Origin: Clostridium sp. CAG:1024
Lineage (GTDB): Bacteria; Bacillota; Clostridia; Christensenellales; CAG-138
Direction: 5' to 3'
DNA: 52,775 nucleotides
Assembly (NCBI GenBank): GCA_000432015.1
Contig: HF985514.1
Span: forward strand, 14,044 to 66,818
Both the position numbers and the translations under genes were made by a program. Shown one piece after another: positions 44,701 through 52,775 of the stretch (position 1 is its first letter; every line of letters begins with the position of its first letter). The notes below the pieces were generated by a model. That model did not search any database, was not told the DNA's origin, and saw nothing but the letters and a program-made list of their open reading frames with translations.

Positions 44701-46023
44701 ATGGCGATCAAAGTGACAAAATTCGGCGGAAGCTCCATGGCGGATGCCGGACAGTTTCGGAAAGTAAAGGCGATTATCGAGGCGGATGCTGCGCGGCAAT
44801 TCGTCGTGCCGTCCGCGCCGGGAAAGCGGTTTCTCGGCGACGATAAGGTGACGGATCTGTTGTATCTTGCGTATGCGCAGTTTGCAAGCGGCGCAAGCTA
44901 CCAGGACACTTGGGACAAGATCCGTGAACGCTATTGCTCGATCGAGCGCGAACTGAGGCTTTCGACGAACATCAGTGCGGAGCTTGACGCGATCGCCAAG
45001 AATCTGGAGAACGGCGCATCCGAGGACTATATGGCAAGCCGCGGCGAATACTTGAACGCCTTGCTGCTTGCGGATTATCTCGGATTTGAATTCGTGGACG
45101 CAGCGGAATTGATCTGCTTCCACTCGGATGGAACCTATGATGACGAAACGACGCTGATCTGGTCGCAGAAGCTCGAAACGATGAAGAAGGTCGTTGTACC
45201 GGGATTCTACGGAAGAAAGCGCGACGGCAGTATCAAAACCTTCTCCCGCGGCGGCTCGGACATTACGGGCGCGATCGTGGCGCGTGCGGTGCATGCGGAC
45301 GTGTACGAAAACTGGACGGACGTTTCGGGCTTTCTGATGGCGGATCCGCGCATCGTCGAGAACCCGAAGGTCATTCGCACGGTAACGTATTCGGAACTGC
45401 GCGAGCTTTCTTATATGGGCGCGACCGTACTGCACGAGGATTCCATTTTTCCGGTGCGGAAGGCCCATATCCCGATCAACGTGCGCAACACGAATGCGCC
45501 GGAGGAAGAGGGGACCATGGTCGTGCCGGACAGCTACCTCCAGTATTACAAGCGTTCGGGAACGCTGACGGGGATTGCGGGTCGCAGAGGGTTCACGGTC
45601 ATCACGGTGTTCAAGGACAACATGCACAACGAGGTCGGCTTCGGCTACCGGCTGCTGCGCGTACTGGAGCGATACAACGTTTCCTTCGAGCATGTGCCGT
45701 CCGGCATCGACACGATGTCGCTCGTCATCGCAGATCTGAAGCTCAAGGAGCATCTCGAGCAGATCCTTCGGGAGATTCGCAGAGACTGCAATCCGAACAC
45801 CATCGAGCTGCAGTCCAATATGGCGCTCATCGCAACGGTCGGCAAGGGCATGGTGCGCAGCGTCGGTACTGCGGCGCGGCTGTTTGGCGCGTTGTATGAA
45901 GCGGGCATCAACGTCCGCATGATCGACCAGGGTTCCTCGGAAATGAATATCATCGTCGGCATTGAAAGCGACGACTTTGAAGATGCTATGCGCGCGATCT
46001 ACAAGGCGTTTGCCGCAGAATGA
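44701..46023 (+). CDS. lysC: Aspartate kinase
   Basis: IKVTKFGGSSMAD (the KFGG nucleotide motif), SRGGSD, and two C-terminal ACT-like repeats (LIATVGKGM..., INVRMIDQGSSEMNIIV). Confidence 0.85.
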   Translation: MAIKVTKFGGSSMADAGQFRKVKAIIEADAARQFVVPSAPGKRFLGDDKVTDLLYLAYAQFASGASYQDTWDKIRERYCSIERELRLSTNISAELDAIAKNLENGASEDYMASRGEYLNALLLADYLGFEFVDAAELICFHSDGTYDDETTLIWSQKLETMKKVVVPGFYGRKRDGSIKTFSRGGSDITGAIVARAVHADVYENWTDVSGFLMADPRIVENPKVIRTVTYSELRELSYMGATVLHEDSIFPVRKAHIPINVRNTNAPEEEGTMVVPDSYLQYYKRSGTLTGIAGRRGFTVITVFKDNMHNEVGFGYRLLRVLERYNVSFEHVPSGIDTMSLVIADLKLKEHLEQILREIRRDCNPNTIELQSNMALIATVGKGMVRSVGTAARLFGALYEAGINVRMIDQGSSEMNIIVGIESDDFEDAMRAIYKAFAAE

Positions 46024-46070
46024 GAGATGCGCGGGACGATGCGATCCTGCGTCGCCCCGAGAGTGTGTCG

Positions 46071-46106
46071 CCGCCTTTTCCGAGCGTCGGAGAGGCGGTT
46101 TTCTTC
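46071..46106 (+). terminator. Intrinsic terminator after the aspartate kinase gene
   Basis: CCGCC-ttt-TCCGA-gcg-TCGGA-ga-GGCGG is followed by TTTTCTTC. Confidence 0.6.
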
Positions 46107-46221
46107 TGTCGGGCGGCGATCATTCTTCCCGACAGCGCAGGTGTGGATTCCGTTTGCCTGATGCCTTCGCTTGCTTTTCGGCCATACTATGCTGAAAGAA
46201 CAGACGGAGGGAGGCGAACGC

Positions 46222-46371
46222 ATGAAACAAGAAAAAGAACGCGATGCACAGGCGTATGCGACCAATCTTTTGATCGCAAAAGTCAATCTGGATCCAAAGA
46301 CGGGCATACAGCGCTTGTCCTATGAGGACCAGGCGGAAGCGCGGAAACGCGTGGATGCGAATGAAAAATAG
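46222..46371 (+). CDS. Small hydrophilic hypothetical protein (49 aa)
   Basis: MKQEKERDAQAYATNLLIAKVNLDPKTGIQRLSYEDQAEARKRVDANEK. A strong GGAGGGAGG RBS lies 8 nt before the ATG. I recognise no family. Confidence 0.4.
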   Translation: MKQEKERDAQAYATNLLIAKVNLDPKTGIQRLSYEDQAEARKRVDANEK

Positions 46372-46429
46372 ACCGGCACGGTTGCGGACGCAGACGGGCT
46401 GACGGATCGTTGCCCTCGGAGGAGGGAAC

Positions 46430-47179
46430 ATGGAGTATACGGAAAAGAATGCACAAACGATCGACCGATGGGTAAACGAAGGCTGGGAATGGGGACGCCC
46501 CATCGACCATGAAGCCTTTCTCCGGGCAAAGGCGGGGGAGTGGGAGATGCTGCTCACCCCGGTCAAATGTGTGCCGAAAGCATGGTTTCCGCCGCTTCGG
46601 GGCGCAGCGGTGCTGGGTCTTGCGTCCGGAGGTGGGCAGCAGATGCCCGTTTTTGCCGCACAGGGCGCACATTGTACTGTGCTTGATTTCTCCGAGAAAC
46701 AGCTTGAGAGCGAGCGCATGGTAGCCGAACGGGAGAACTATTCGATCGATATCGTTCGCGCGGATATGGCGAAACCGCTGCCGTTTGCCGATGAACAGTT
46801 CGACCTCATCTTTCATCCGGTATCCAACGTGTATATCGAGCAGGTGGAACCCGTCTGGCGGGAGTGCTTCCGTGTCCTGAAACCGGGCGGGACGCTGCTG
46901 GCCGGACTTGACAACGGGATCGGTTTTGCGTTCGATGATGAGGAGCGCGCGCTTCGCTTCCGGCTGCCGTTCAACCCGCTGAAGGATCCCGCGCTCTATA
47001 AGGTGTCGATGGAGAACGACTGGGGCATAGAGTTTTCCCATGATATCGGCGAGCAGATCGGCGGTCAGCTTCGCGCGGGATTCACGCTGCTCGACGTTTA
47101 TGAGGACACGAACGGCCGCGGCCCGCTGCATGAGTATGGCGTGCCGACGTATTTCGCCACAAGAGCCGTCAAGCGATGA
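46430..47179 (+). CDS. Class I SAM-dependent methyltransferase
   Basis: Motif I is VLGLASGGGQQ. An acidic post-I residue (VLDFS) and motif II (FDLIFHP) follow. A GGAGGAGGG RBS is present. Confidence 0.8.
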   Translation: MEYTEKNAQTIDRWVNEGWEWGRPIDHEAFLRAKAGEWEMLLTPVKCVPKAWFPPLRGAAVLGLASGGGQQMPVFAAQGAHCTVLDFSEKQLESERMVAERENYSIDIVRADMAKPLPFADEQFDLIFHPVSNVYIEQVEPVWRECFRVLKPGGTLLAGLDNGIGFAFDDEERALRFRLPFNPLKDPALYKVSMENDWGIEFSHDIGEQIGGQLRAGFTLLDVYEDTNGRGPLHEYGVPTYFATRAVKR

Positions 47180-47191
47180 CCGCGCGGCAAA

Positions 47192-47226
47192 TAAAAAGCG
47201 TGCAATGAGAATTGCACGCTTTTTTG
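47192..47226. terminator. Bidirectional intrinsic terminator
   Basis: AAAAA-AGCGTGCAAT-gaga-ATTGCACGCT-TTTTT. The 10-bp stem is perfect. Confidence 0.85.
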
Positions 47227-47255
47227 GTCGGTTTACTCAGGTCAGAAGACAAGAG

Positions 47256-47531
47256 TTAGTGGTTCTTGTGATTCTGGAAGCATTCGCTGCAATAGATGGG
47301 ACGATCGTTGCGCGGCTGGAACGGGATCTTGGTGGGTTTGCCGCACTCTGCACAGATGGCGTCGTACATTTCACGATCGCCGCCACGCTGGGACTTCCGG
47401 TTGGAACGGCAAGCCTTGCAGCGAACGGGCTCATTCTGGAAACCCTTCTCCGCATAGAACTCCTGCTCACCAGCCGTAAAAACGAACTCTGCGCCACAAT
47501 CCTTGCAAACCAGTGTCTTGTCTTGGAACAT
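47256..47531 (-). CDS. Small zinc-ribbon protein with four CxxC pairs (zf-trcl/CxxC-x17-CxxC type)
   Basis: MFQDKTLVCKDCGAEFVFTAGEQEFYAEKGFQNEPVRCKACR...AICAECGKPTKIPFQPRNDRPIYCSECF. An AGGGGAAAG RBS precedes the ATG at 47531. Confidence 0.75.
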   Translation of the reverse strand: MFQDKTLVCKDCGAEFVFTAGEQEFYAEKGFQNEPVRCKACRSNRKSQRGGDREMYDAICAECGKPTKIPFQPRNDRPIYCSECFQNHKNH

Positions 47532-47569
47532 GTTACTTTCTTTCCCCTTTGCCTTAAGGCAGTAATTTT

Positions 47570-47793
47570 TCGGTATCCCTGCAACGGCTGACCTGGTTTT
47601 TGCCCCCACACACGCCAACAGGGAGGTTCGCTCATAAGCCGTTGTGGCTCCCCACTACTACCCCTCTCGGGCGAACCCGGTTGGACTTACATCTAGACCG
47701 CACCATGCTCACGGGAATTGCCCCCGCTTACGTGGATCGTTTTGCCTGCGACTGGCATCGACTTTCAACCACAGACCCGTACACGGACACCAA
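47570..47793 (-). promoter_or_regulatory. Candidate structured 5' leader or cis-regulatory RNA (unclassified)
   Basis: It is ORF-free on its strand and closed by a 9-bp long-range helix. It has internal helices with pseudoknot topology (see finding). Confidence 0.3.
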
Positions 47794-47797
47794 CAAT

Positions 47798-47827
47798 ATT
47801 ATAGAACAACTGTCTTCTACTTTGCAA
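47798..47827 (-). promoter_or_regulatory. Near-consensus promoter about 260 nt upstream of the zinc-ribbon start codon
   Basis: On the minus strand: TTGCAA (47827-47822), an 18-nt spacer, then TATAAT (47803-47798). Confidence 0.55.
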
Positions 47828-47883
47828 ACATTATATTGTGTTTTCGTCCCAAAACGGCACATTTTCCCCTAAATATGTAAAAA

Positions 47884-48456
47884 TCACACCTGTCGGGACT
47901 CCGAAAAAGCTCCGTAATGCGCCCGCGGGCCGCCAATATACTTCGGACGGGTGCGTGCAAGCACCAGATTTGCCTCGCCCAGATGCTTAAAATCTGTATG
48001 CACAGGAACAACGACCGGGCGCAAATGCATGCCGATCAGCGTATCCCCGATGTCCATTCCGAGCGCTGCGCGCGCGCGCAGATCCTCGACCATGAGCGCG
48101 CCGGAGAAACGATGATATGCCTCTGTGACGAATGCGCCGCCCGCGTGGAGCCATGGCTCGACCGTGACCTCGGTAAGATCAAACTTGTCCCGGCAGTTCT
48201 TTGTGACGCAAAGCGCACGGTTGATGTGTTCGCAGCCCTGTACCGCGACGAACAAGCCCGCCTGAATGAGCGGCGGAAGAAGTCCATCCATGATCGCGGC
48301 TGCGGCGTCCGCGTTTGACGCGGAACCGATGCGCGCACCCATGACCTCGCTGGTTGAACATCCGATGACGCAAATCTCGCCGGGCGTGGGCTTTGCTGCA
48401 TCGAGAAGGATTTCGGCGGCTGTTGCTGCCTGTTTTGTGATGTCAGAAAAATCCAT
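47884..48456 (-). CDS. UPF0340/TIGR01440-family protein (YwlG-like)
   Basis: VIGCSTSEV.G..IG, AVQGCEHINRAL and GDTLIGMHL are characteristic of the DUF436 family. Confidence 0.75.
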   Translation of the reverse strand: MDFSDITKQAATAAEILLDAAKPTPGEICVIGCSTSEVMGARIGSASNADAAAAIMDGLLPPLIQAGLFVAVQGCEHINRALCVTKNCRDKFDLTEVTVEPWLHAGGAFVTEAYHRFSGALMVEDLRARAALGMDIGDTLIGMHLRPVVVPVHTDFKHLGEANLVLARTRPKYIGGPRAHYGAFSESRQV

Positions 48457-48523
48457 GGTATCTTCGCTCCTTTACGATTGCATCATTATATCACCAAACG
48501 CGGGAATGTGATATACTGATTTC

Positions 48524-49534
48524 ATGGATTGGACAGAAGTCTTATTGCAATGGTATCAGGCGAACGCGCGCGACCTTCCATGGCGCAGGACACGCGATCC
48601 GTATTGCATCTGGATCAGCGAGATCATGCTTCAGCAAACGCGGGTCGAAGCGGTACGAGAGGCCTATCGGCGGTTTCTTTTGGAGCTTCCCGACGTCTCG
48701 GCGCTTGCGGCCGTCTCCGAGGATCGTCTGCTGAAGCTGTGGGAAGGACTCGGATACTACAGCCGCGCACGCAACCTGAAGCGTGCGGCGGAGCGCGTCT
48801 TGACGGAGTATCGGGGCGAACTCCCCGCGTCGTATGATGCGCTGCTCTCTTTGCCCGGCGTCGGCGCCTATACTGCGGGAGCGATCGCCTCTATCGCATT
48901 TTCGATTCCCGTGCCGGCGGTCGACGGCAATGTTCTTCGCGTCATGGCAAGAAAGGATGCGGATCGGTCGGACACCGCGGACGAGCGCACACGCAGACGC
49001 GTTCGGGAAACGCTGCTTGCACAAATGCCGAAAGACAGGCCGGGCATGTTCAACCAGGCCATGATGGAGCTTGGCGCAACGGTGTGCGCGCCAAACGGCG
49101 CGCCGCATTGCGAGATATGCCCGATCGCAGCGTATTGCAGAGCGCGGGCGGAGGGGACGACTGCCGAACTGCCGGTCAAAAAAGCAAAGACCGCCCGCCG
49201 CATTGAGCAGAAAACGGTCTTTGTCCTGCATTCGCACAGGGGGACACTCGGCTATCGCAGACCGGATACGGGGCTGCTGGCCTCGCTGTATCAGCTTCCG
49301 GATGTGGAACGACGGCTGTCCGACGACGGTATGATGGCGTATCTGACGGAGAAGGGGCTGCGGCCCGAGGGAGAAATCCGCGTCTATGAACGGAAGCACG
49401 TGTTTACGCATGTGGAGTGGCATATGCGCGTATGCGCGGCAGAGATCGCGGAGGCGGATCCGCCCGCGGGCTGGGTTTGGCTCGACGAGACGCTGCATTC
49501 ACTGCCGACAGCCTATCGTGTTTGCCTGCAATGA
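48524..49534 (+). CDS. mutY: A/G-specific adenine DNA glycosylase
   Basis: LPWRRTRDPYCIWISEIMLQQTRV, an HhH-GPD motif (LPGVGAYTAGAI), a 4Fe-4S loop (CAPNGAPHCEICPIAAYC) and a NUDIX-like C-terminal domain. Confidence 0.88.
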   Translation: MDWTEVLLQWYQANARDLPWRRTRDPYCIWISEIMLQQTRVEAVREAYRRFLLELPDVSALAAVSEDRLLKLWEGLGYYSRARNLKRAAERVLTEYRGELPASYDALLSLPGVGAYTAGAIASIAFSIPVPAVDGNVLRVMARKDADRSDTADERTRRRVRETLLAQMPKDRPGMFNQAMMELGATVCAPNGAPHCEICPIAAYCRARAEGTTAELPVKKAKTARRIEQKTVFVLHSHRGTLGYRRPDTGLLASLYQLPDVERRLSDDGMMAYLTEKGLRPEGEIRVYERKHVFTHVEWHMRVCAAEIAEADPPAGWVWLDETLHSLPTAYRVCLQ

Positions 49535-49546
49535 AAGGAGAAGCGG

Positions 49547-50416
49547 ATGAAGAGCTTTTTCTGGGATTACCGGCTTGCGGCGGAGTTCCCGTTTGCGGCG
49601 CTGGATTATGCGGTCGAGGACTCCGTGACGGACGGGCAGCCGCGTCTGCATTGGCATAACTACTATGAGCTGGGGATCTGTACGTCGGGCGGCGGTGTGT
49701 TCCACTTCGAGAAAAAGCAGTATGCGTACCGGGCCGGAGACGTGTTTCTGATCAACGATCTCGAACGCCACGGCGCCGCGACCCAGCCGGATCAGCAAAC
49801 GCATTTCCGTTTTTTTCTCTTTCTGCCGGGACTACTTCTGGATGGCGCGGGCATCCGGGATGCGGAATACCTTTTGCCGTTCCGCTACGACAGCGAGACG
49901 TTTTGCAACCGCATTGCGGGGGAGAGCCAACTCGGACGTCGCTTGAACCCGCTGTTTGACGCTCTTTGGACGGATGCGACAGAGCGGCGGCCCGGATACG
50001 AGCGGCTCATACGGGCGAGGCTCATGCTCATTCTTGCGGAACTTGCCGCGAGCAATGCGGAGGAACAGCGCGGCGCGGAAAAGAGCCTGTCGGCGTACCT
50101 GCGCCTGCGCCCTGCATTGGATTATATCGGGCAGCACTTTCAGGAGCGGCTGTACGAAAAGGAGCTTGCCGCCATGATCTATGTGAGCGAATCCCGCTTT
50201 CGTCATGTGTTCCGCGAACAGATGCGGATGAGTTTTCAGGAATATGTGCAAAAACTCCGTTACCTTGAGGCCAGACGGCTCATTGCTTCCACGGATATGG
50301 ATGTCGGCGCGGCTGTCCGGCAGGCCGGGTTTGCAAACGCCAATGTGTTTTACCGACTGTTTCGGGAGGCGGAGGGGCTGACGCCGCTGGAATGGCGCGC
50401 ACAGCAGGGGAAATAG
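49547..50416 (+). CDS. AraC-family transcriptional regulator (cupin sensor plus HTH)
   Basis: It has an N-terminal cupin-like HWHNYYELGI and a C-terminal double HTH (SESRFRHVFREQMRMSFQEY...AGFANANVFYRLFRE). An AAAGGAG RBS is present. Confidence 0.85.
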   Translation: MKSFFWDYRLAAEFPFAALDYAVEDSVTDGQPRLHWHNYYELGICTSGGGVFHFEKKQYAYRAGDVFLINDLERHGAATQPDQQTHFRFFLFLPGLLLDGAGIRDAEYLLPFRYDSETFCNRIAGESQLGRRLNPLFDALWTDATERRPGYERLIRARLMLILAELAASNAEEQRGAEKSLSAYLRLRPALDYIGQHFQERLYEKELAAMIYVSESRFRHVFREQMRMSFQEYVQKLRYLEARRLIASTDMDVGAAVRQAGFANANVFYRLFREAEGLTPLEWRAQQGK

Positions 50417-50664
50417 CGCCGCTTTCCCGGGCAATACGGATTACAGCCAGCGACATTTCCCGCTCCTCGGATTGAGCCGCGCCTACGGAGCAAGCGCAGC
50501 AGCCGGATATGACATAAAAAGAATCGGTTTTGCTATTCCAAGTCCCCGCTACTCTGCGCTACAATAAAGGCAGAAACGCGGGGGTTCATTCTATCATGAC
50601 GGAACAAACCAGGCGGAAATCTCCGCGGACTTTATCGAAACAACGGAAAAGGAGCAGTTGAATC

Positions 50665-52775
50665 ATGGCACATTATGCGCACCTGTTTACCCCGATTCAG
50701 ATCGGCACCATGACGGTGGCCAACCGAATCTGCCATGTCCCGACCGATGTCAGCTCATCCAATGCGGACGGCTCGGTCAGCGAACGTGACATCCATCATC
50801 ACAGCGAGATCGCAAAAGGCGGCGCCGGACTCATCATCGTGGGCGCAACGTCGCCGGACGGCGCAACCGGCAGGCCGACCGTGACGGGACTTGTCGCGGA
50901 CAACGATAATTTCATTCCTGGTCTTGCGCGCCTTGCGGAAAGCATGCATAAGTATGGCGCAAAGTGCGTTGTTCAGCTCCAGCATCCGGGCCGCCAGTGT
51001 GCAATTCCGCGCTACAATACCATGTCCGCGACGGATATGGTCGTAAAGCTGCCCTGGAGCGCGGGCCATGAGATCGTCTATGAGAACGCGGAGGAGAAGG
51101 GAAAGCCCGTCCGCGCCATGACCACCGAAGAGGTCGTGGACATGGTCGACAAGTTCTCCGAAGCCGCATGGCGCGTCAAGCAGGCCGGCTTTGACGGCGT
51201 TGAACTGCATGCCGCGCACGGGTATCTGATCTCCCAGTTTATGTCGCCCTATCTGAACAAGCGTATCGATCGCTGGGGCGGCAGCTTTGAAAACCGTATG
51301 CGCTTCCCGCTTGCCATCATTTCCTCCATCCAGAAGAAGTGCGGCAAAAGCTTCCCGATCCTTGTCCGCTATTCCGTTGACGAATGGGTCGAGGGCGGAC
51401 GCGAGCTGGAGGAAAGCGTCAAGATGGCGGTCGAGTTTGAGCGCGCGGGCGTTGCGGCGCTGGATCTCAGCCAGTGCATTCAGGAGAGCCCCGGCGCAGG
51501 CTTCGACCCGATGTACTATCCCGAGGGCTGGACGGTCTACGCTTCTCAGGCGATCAAGAAAGCCGTGTCTATCCCGGTCATCAACAGCCATACGTTCCGC
51601 AACCCTGATTACTGCGACAAGCTCGTGGCGGACGGCGATACCGACATGATCGGCCTTGCGCGTCAGCTGCTCTGCGACCCGTACTGGCCGATGAAGGCGT
51701 ACATGGGCAAGCCCGAACAGATCCGCCGCTGCATTTCCTGCCTTACCGGCTGCTGGCAGGAGAGCATGATGGCGAAGAAGGAGATCGGCTGCGCGATCAA
51801 CCCGGCATGCGGCCATATGGAATTCGATCACCTTGAAAAAACGGACAGACCCCTGAAGGTCGGCATCGTAGGCGGCGGCCCCGCGGGCATGGAAGCTGCG
51901 CGAATCGCGACCGTACGCGGCCATAAGGTCACGCTGTTTGAAAAGACCGGCGAGCTTGGCGGCGCGATCCTCGGCTGCTGCATGGCGCCCGGCAAGGAGA
52001 AGATGAAGTGGTATGCGGACTGGATTCGCACACAGATCAAACAGCTCAATGTGGACGTTCGTCTGCGCACCTGCCCAACCGTCGAGGAATTGAAGCAGTT
52101 TGACGTTGTTCTGAACGCGACCGGCGCGTCGAGCTATGTCCCGGACTGCATCGGCGGCGAGCGTGTCGTCCCGTTCGAGCAAGCCATTGCCTGCCCGAAG
52201 GTCAACTGCCCGTACCATCCGCAGGATCGCAAGATGAAGAAACTCGGCGAGAAGGTCCTCGTTTGGGGCGATCACTATGCGGCGGCAGATACCGCTGCGG
52301 CGCTCGCAGGTCTGGGCAAGGACGTCACGATCGTGACCGACCGGAAGGAGTTCGGTTCATCCGTTGAAGTCATTCACATGTATGTGCTGCGCAAGCGGTT
52401 CCAGCAGACCGATGCGGAGGCGCTGGACAGCAAGCCCTATAAGTACCCGGTCAAGGTCTATGAGAGCAGCACCGTGTATTCCGTCGCGGAAGGCAAGGTC
52501 GTTCTGATGGATAAAGACTTTAACAAGACGGAGCTCGCCATCGACGACGTCGTGACCTGCTACACGCGTTCGAACGACACACTGTTCAACGAGCTTCGCG
52601 AGGCTGGCGTTCCTGTCATCAATGCAGGCGACAGCAAAGCGCCTCGCAATCTCCATGCGGCAGTGTTCGAGGGCGCGAGCTTCGGACTGAAGCTCGAAGA
52701 GAGCGTACTCATGAACCCCAACAACAGCGTAGTGGACGAGCTGCCCGCCGACGTGCGCGCTCAGCTTTCCTGCTG
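50665..52775 (+). CDS. Old-Yellow-Enzyme-family FMN/[4Fe-4S]/FAD-NAD(P) oxidoreductase (2-enoate reductase / 2,4-dienoyl-CoA reductase / BaiH-like), 3' end outside the window
   Basis: I translated it myself; it is not in the supplied ORF track because it has no stop in the window. MAHYAHLFTPIQIGTMTVANRI, VQLQHPGRQ, ELHAAHGYLISQFMSP, a CxxCxxC cluster (RRCISCLTGCW) and GIVGGGPAGMEAA (a dinucleotide fold). An AAAAGGAG RBS is present. Confidence 0.8.
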   Translation, partial: MAHYAHLFTPIQIGTMTVANRICHVPTDVSSSNADGSVSERDIHHHSEIAKGGAGLIIVGATSPDGATGRPTVTGLVADNDNFIPGLARLAESMHKYGAKCVVQLQHPGRQCAIPRYNTMSATDMVVKLPWSAGHEIVYENAEEKGKPVRAMTTEEVVDMVDKFSEAAWRVKQAGFDGVELHAAHGYLISQFMSPYLNKRIDRWGGSFENRMRFPLAIISSIQKKCGKSFPILVRYSVDEWVEGGRELEESVKMAVEFERAGVAALDLSQCIQESPGAGFDPMYYPEGWTVYASQAIKKAVSIPVINSHTFRNPDYCDKLVADGDTDMIGLARQLLCDPYWPMKAYMGKPEQIRRCISCLTGCWQESMMAKKEIGCAINPACGHMEFDHLEKTDRPLKVGIVGGGPAGMEAARIATVRGHKVTLFEKTGELGGAILGCCMAPGKEKMKWYADWIRTQIKQLNVDVRLRTCPTVEELKQFDVVLNATGASSYVPDCIGGERVVPFEQAIACPKVNCPYHPQDRKMKKLGEKVLVWGDHYAAADTAAALAGLGKDVTIVTDRKEFGSSVEVIHMYVLRKRFQQTDAEALDSKPYKYPVKVYESSTVYSVAEGKVVLMDKDFNKTELAIDDVVTCYTRSNDTLFNELREAGVPVINAGDSKAPRNLHAAVFEGASFGLKLEESVLMNPNNSVVDELPADVRAQLSC

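Noticed and set aside
47570-47793. Possible identity of the zinc-ribbon leader with known RNAs. Candidates were SRP RNA (a 10-nt ACCAGGUCAG match to 4.5S and a CGUAAGCGGGG resemblance to the Bacillus Alu domain), the c-di-AMP (ydaO) riboswitch, ykkC (GGGUUC...CCGAGAG) and yybP-ykoY (GGGGUAGUAG).
   Set aside because: The defining elements are absent: there is no GGAA-tetraloop/AGCA domain IV of SRP, no ACACGG...GGGA of ykkC and no UUGACAUA/AGCAAGACC of yybP. The short matches are not in the right order or spacing. The region is treated as unclassified.
1-52775. I looked for CRISPR repeats, transposase or integrase genes, terminal inverted repeats, phage modules, toxin-antitoxin pairs and known defence-system hallmarks (reverse transcriptase, large ATPase/nuclease genes, restriction-modification).
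   Set aside because: None was seen. The only repeats are the 21-bp intragenic duplication at 18861-18901 and the short ATGCAA array. The only methyltransferase (46430-47179) is a small-molecule/protein-type class I enzyme with no DNA-MTase motifs and no nuclease partner.

Overview
This is a 52.8-kb, high-GC, Gram-positive (Clostridia-like) chromosomal segment. The taxonomic guess rests on lipobox lipoproteins, a type-A RNase P RNA, ECF sigma/anti-sigma pairs and a UPF0340 protein. I found no CRISPR array, transposase, integrase, phage gene or recognisable defence gene. Reading left to right:

- **Housekeeping block:** trmK (5' truncated), nif3-like, a COG1579 zinc-ribbon gene, RNase P RNA and trpS.
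- **Anaerobic purine island:** a PLP aminotransferase, an ade-xdhABC operon on the minus strand, a divergent hydantoinase-like gene plus mocA, and a guanine-type riboswitch in front of guaD.
- **tRNA-Val and tRNA-Gln:** they are separated by a 196-nt spacer that folds into a rod.
- **Mixed genes:** a GT4 glycosyltransferase, an orphan pterin-binding plus B12-binding fusion methyltransferase, and two ECF sigma/anti-sigma pairs.
- **PucR island:** a PucR regulator is divergent from an APC permease, an SSS symporter, an ATZ/TRZ-type amidohydrolase and a nitrilase-superfamily hydrolase. The substrate is unknown.
- **liv-type ABC operon:** it is preceded by a small Cys-rich membrane ORF and a terminator.
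- **arcA-arcB:** flanked by two divergent lipoprotein metallophosphoesterases, one of them frameshifted.
- **Right end:** DUF1015, aspartate kinase, a methyltransferase, a small 4xCxxC zinc-ribbon gene with a roughly 260-nt ORF-free leader, UPF0340, mutY, an AraC regulator, and an Old-Yellow-Enzyme-type reductase.

The reductase runs off the 3' end of the window and is missing from the supplied ORF track.

Many long ORFs in the track are antisense shadows of real genes and were rejected. I see no clear-cut novel multi-gene system. The best candidates for undescribed biology are the two structured non-coding regions (47.5-47.8 kb and 16.3-16.5 kb) and the PucR island. All family assignments come from motif recognition by eye. 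No database search or folding program was run.
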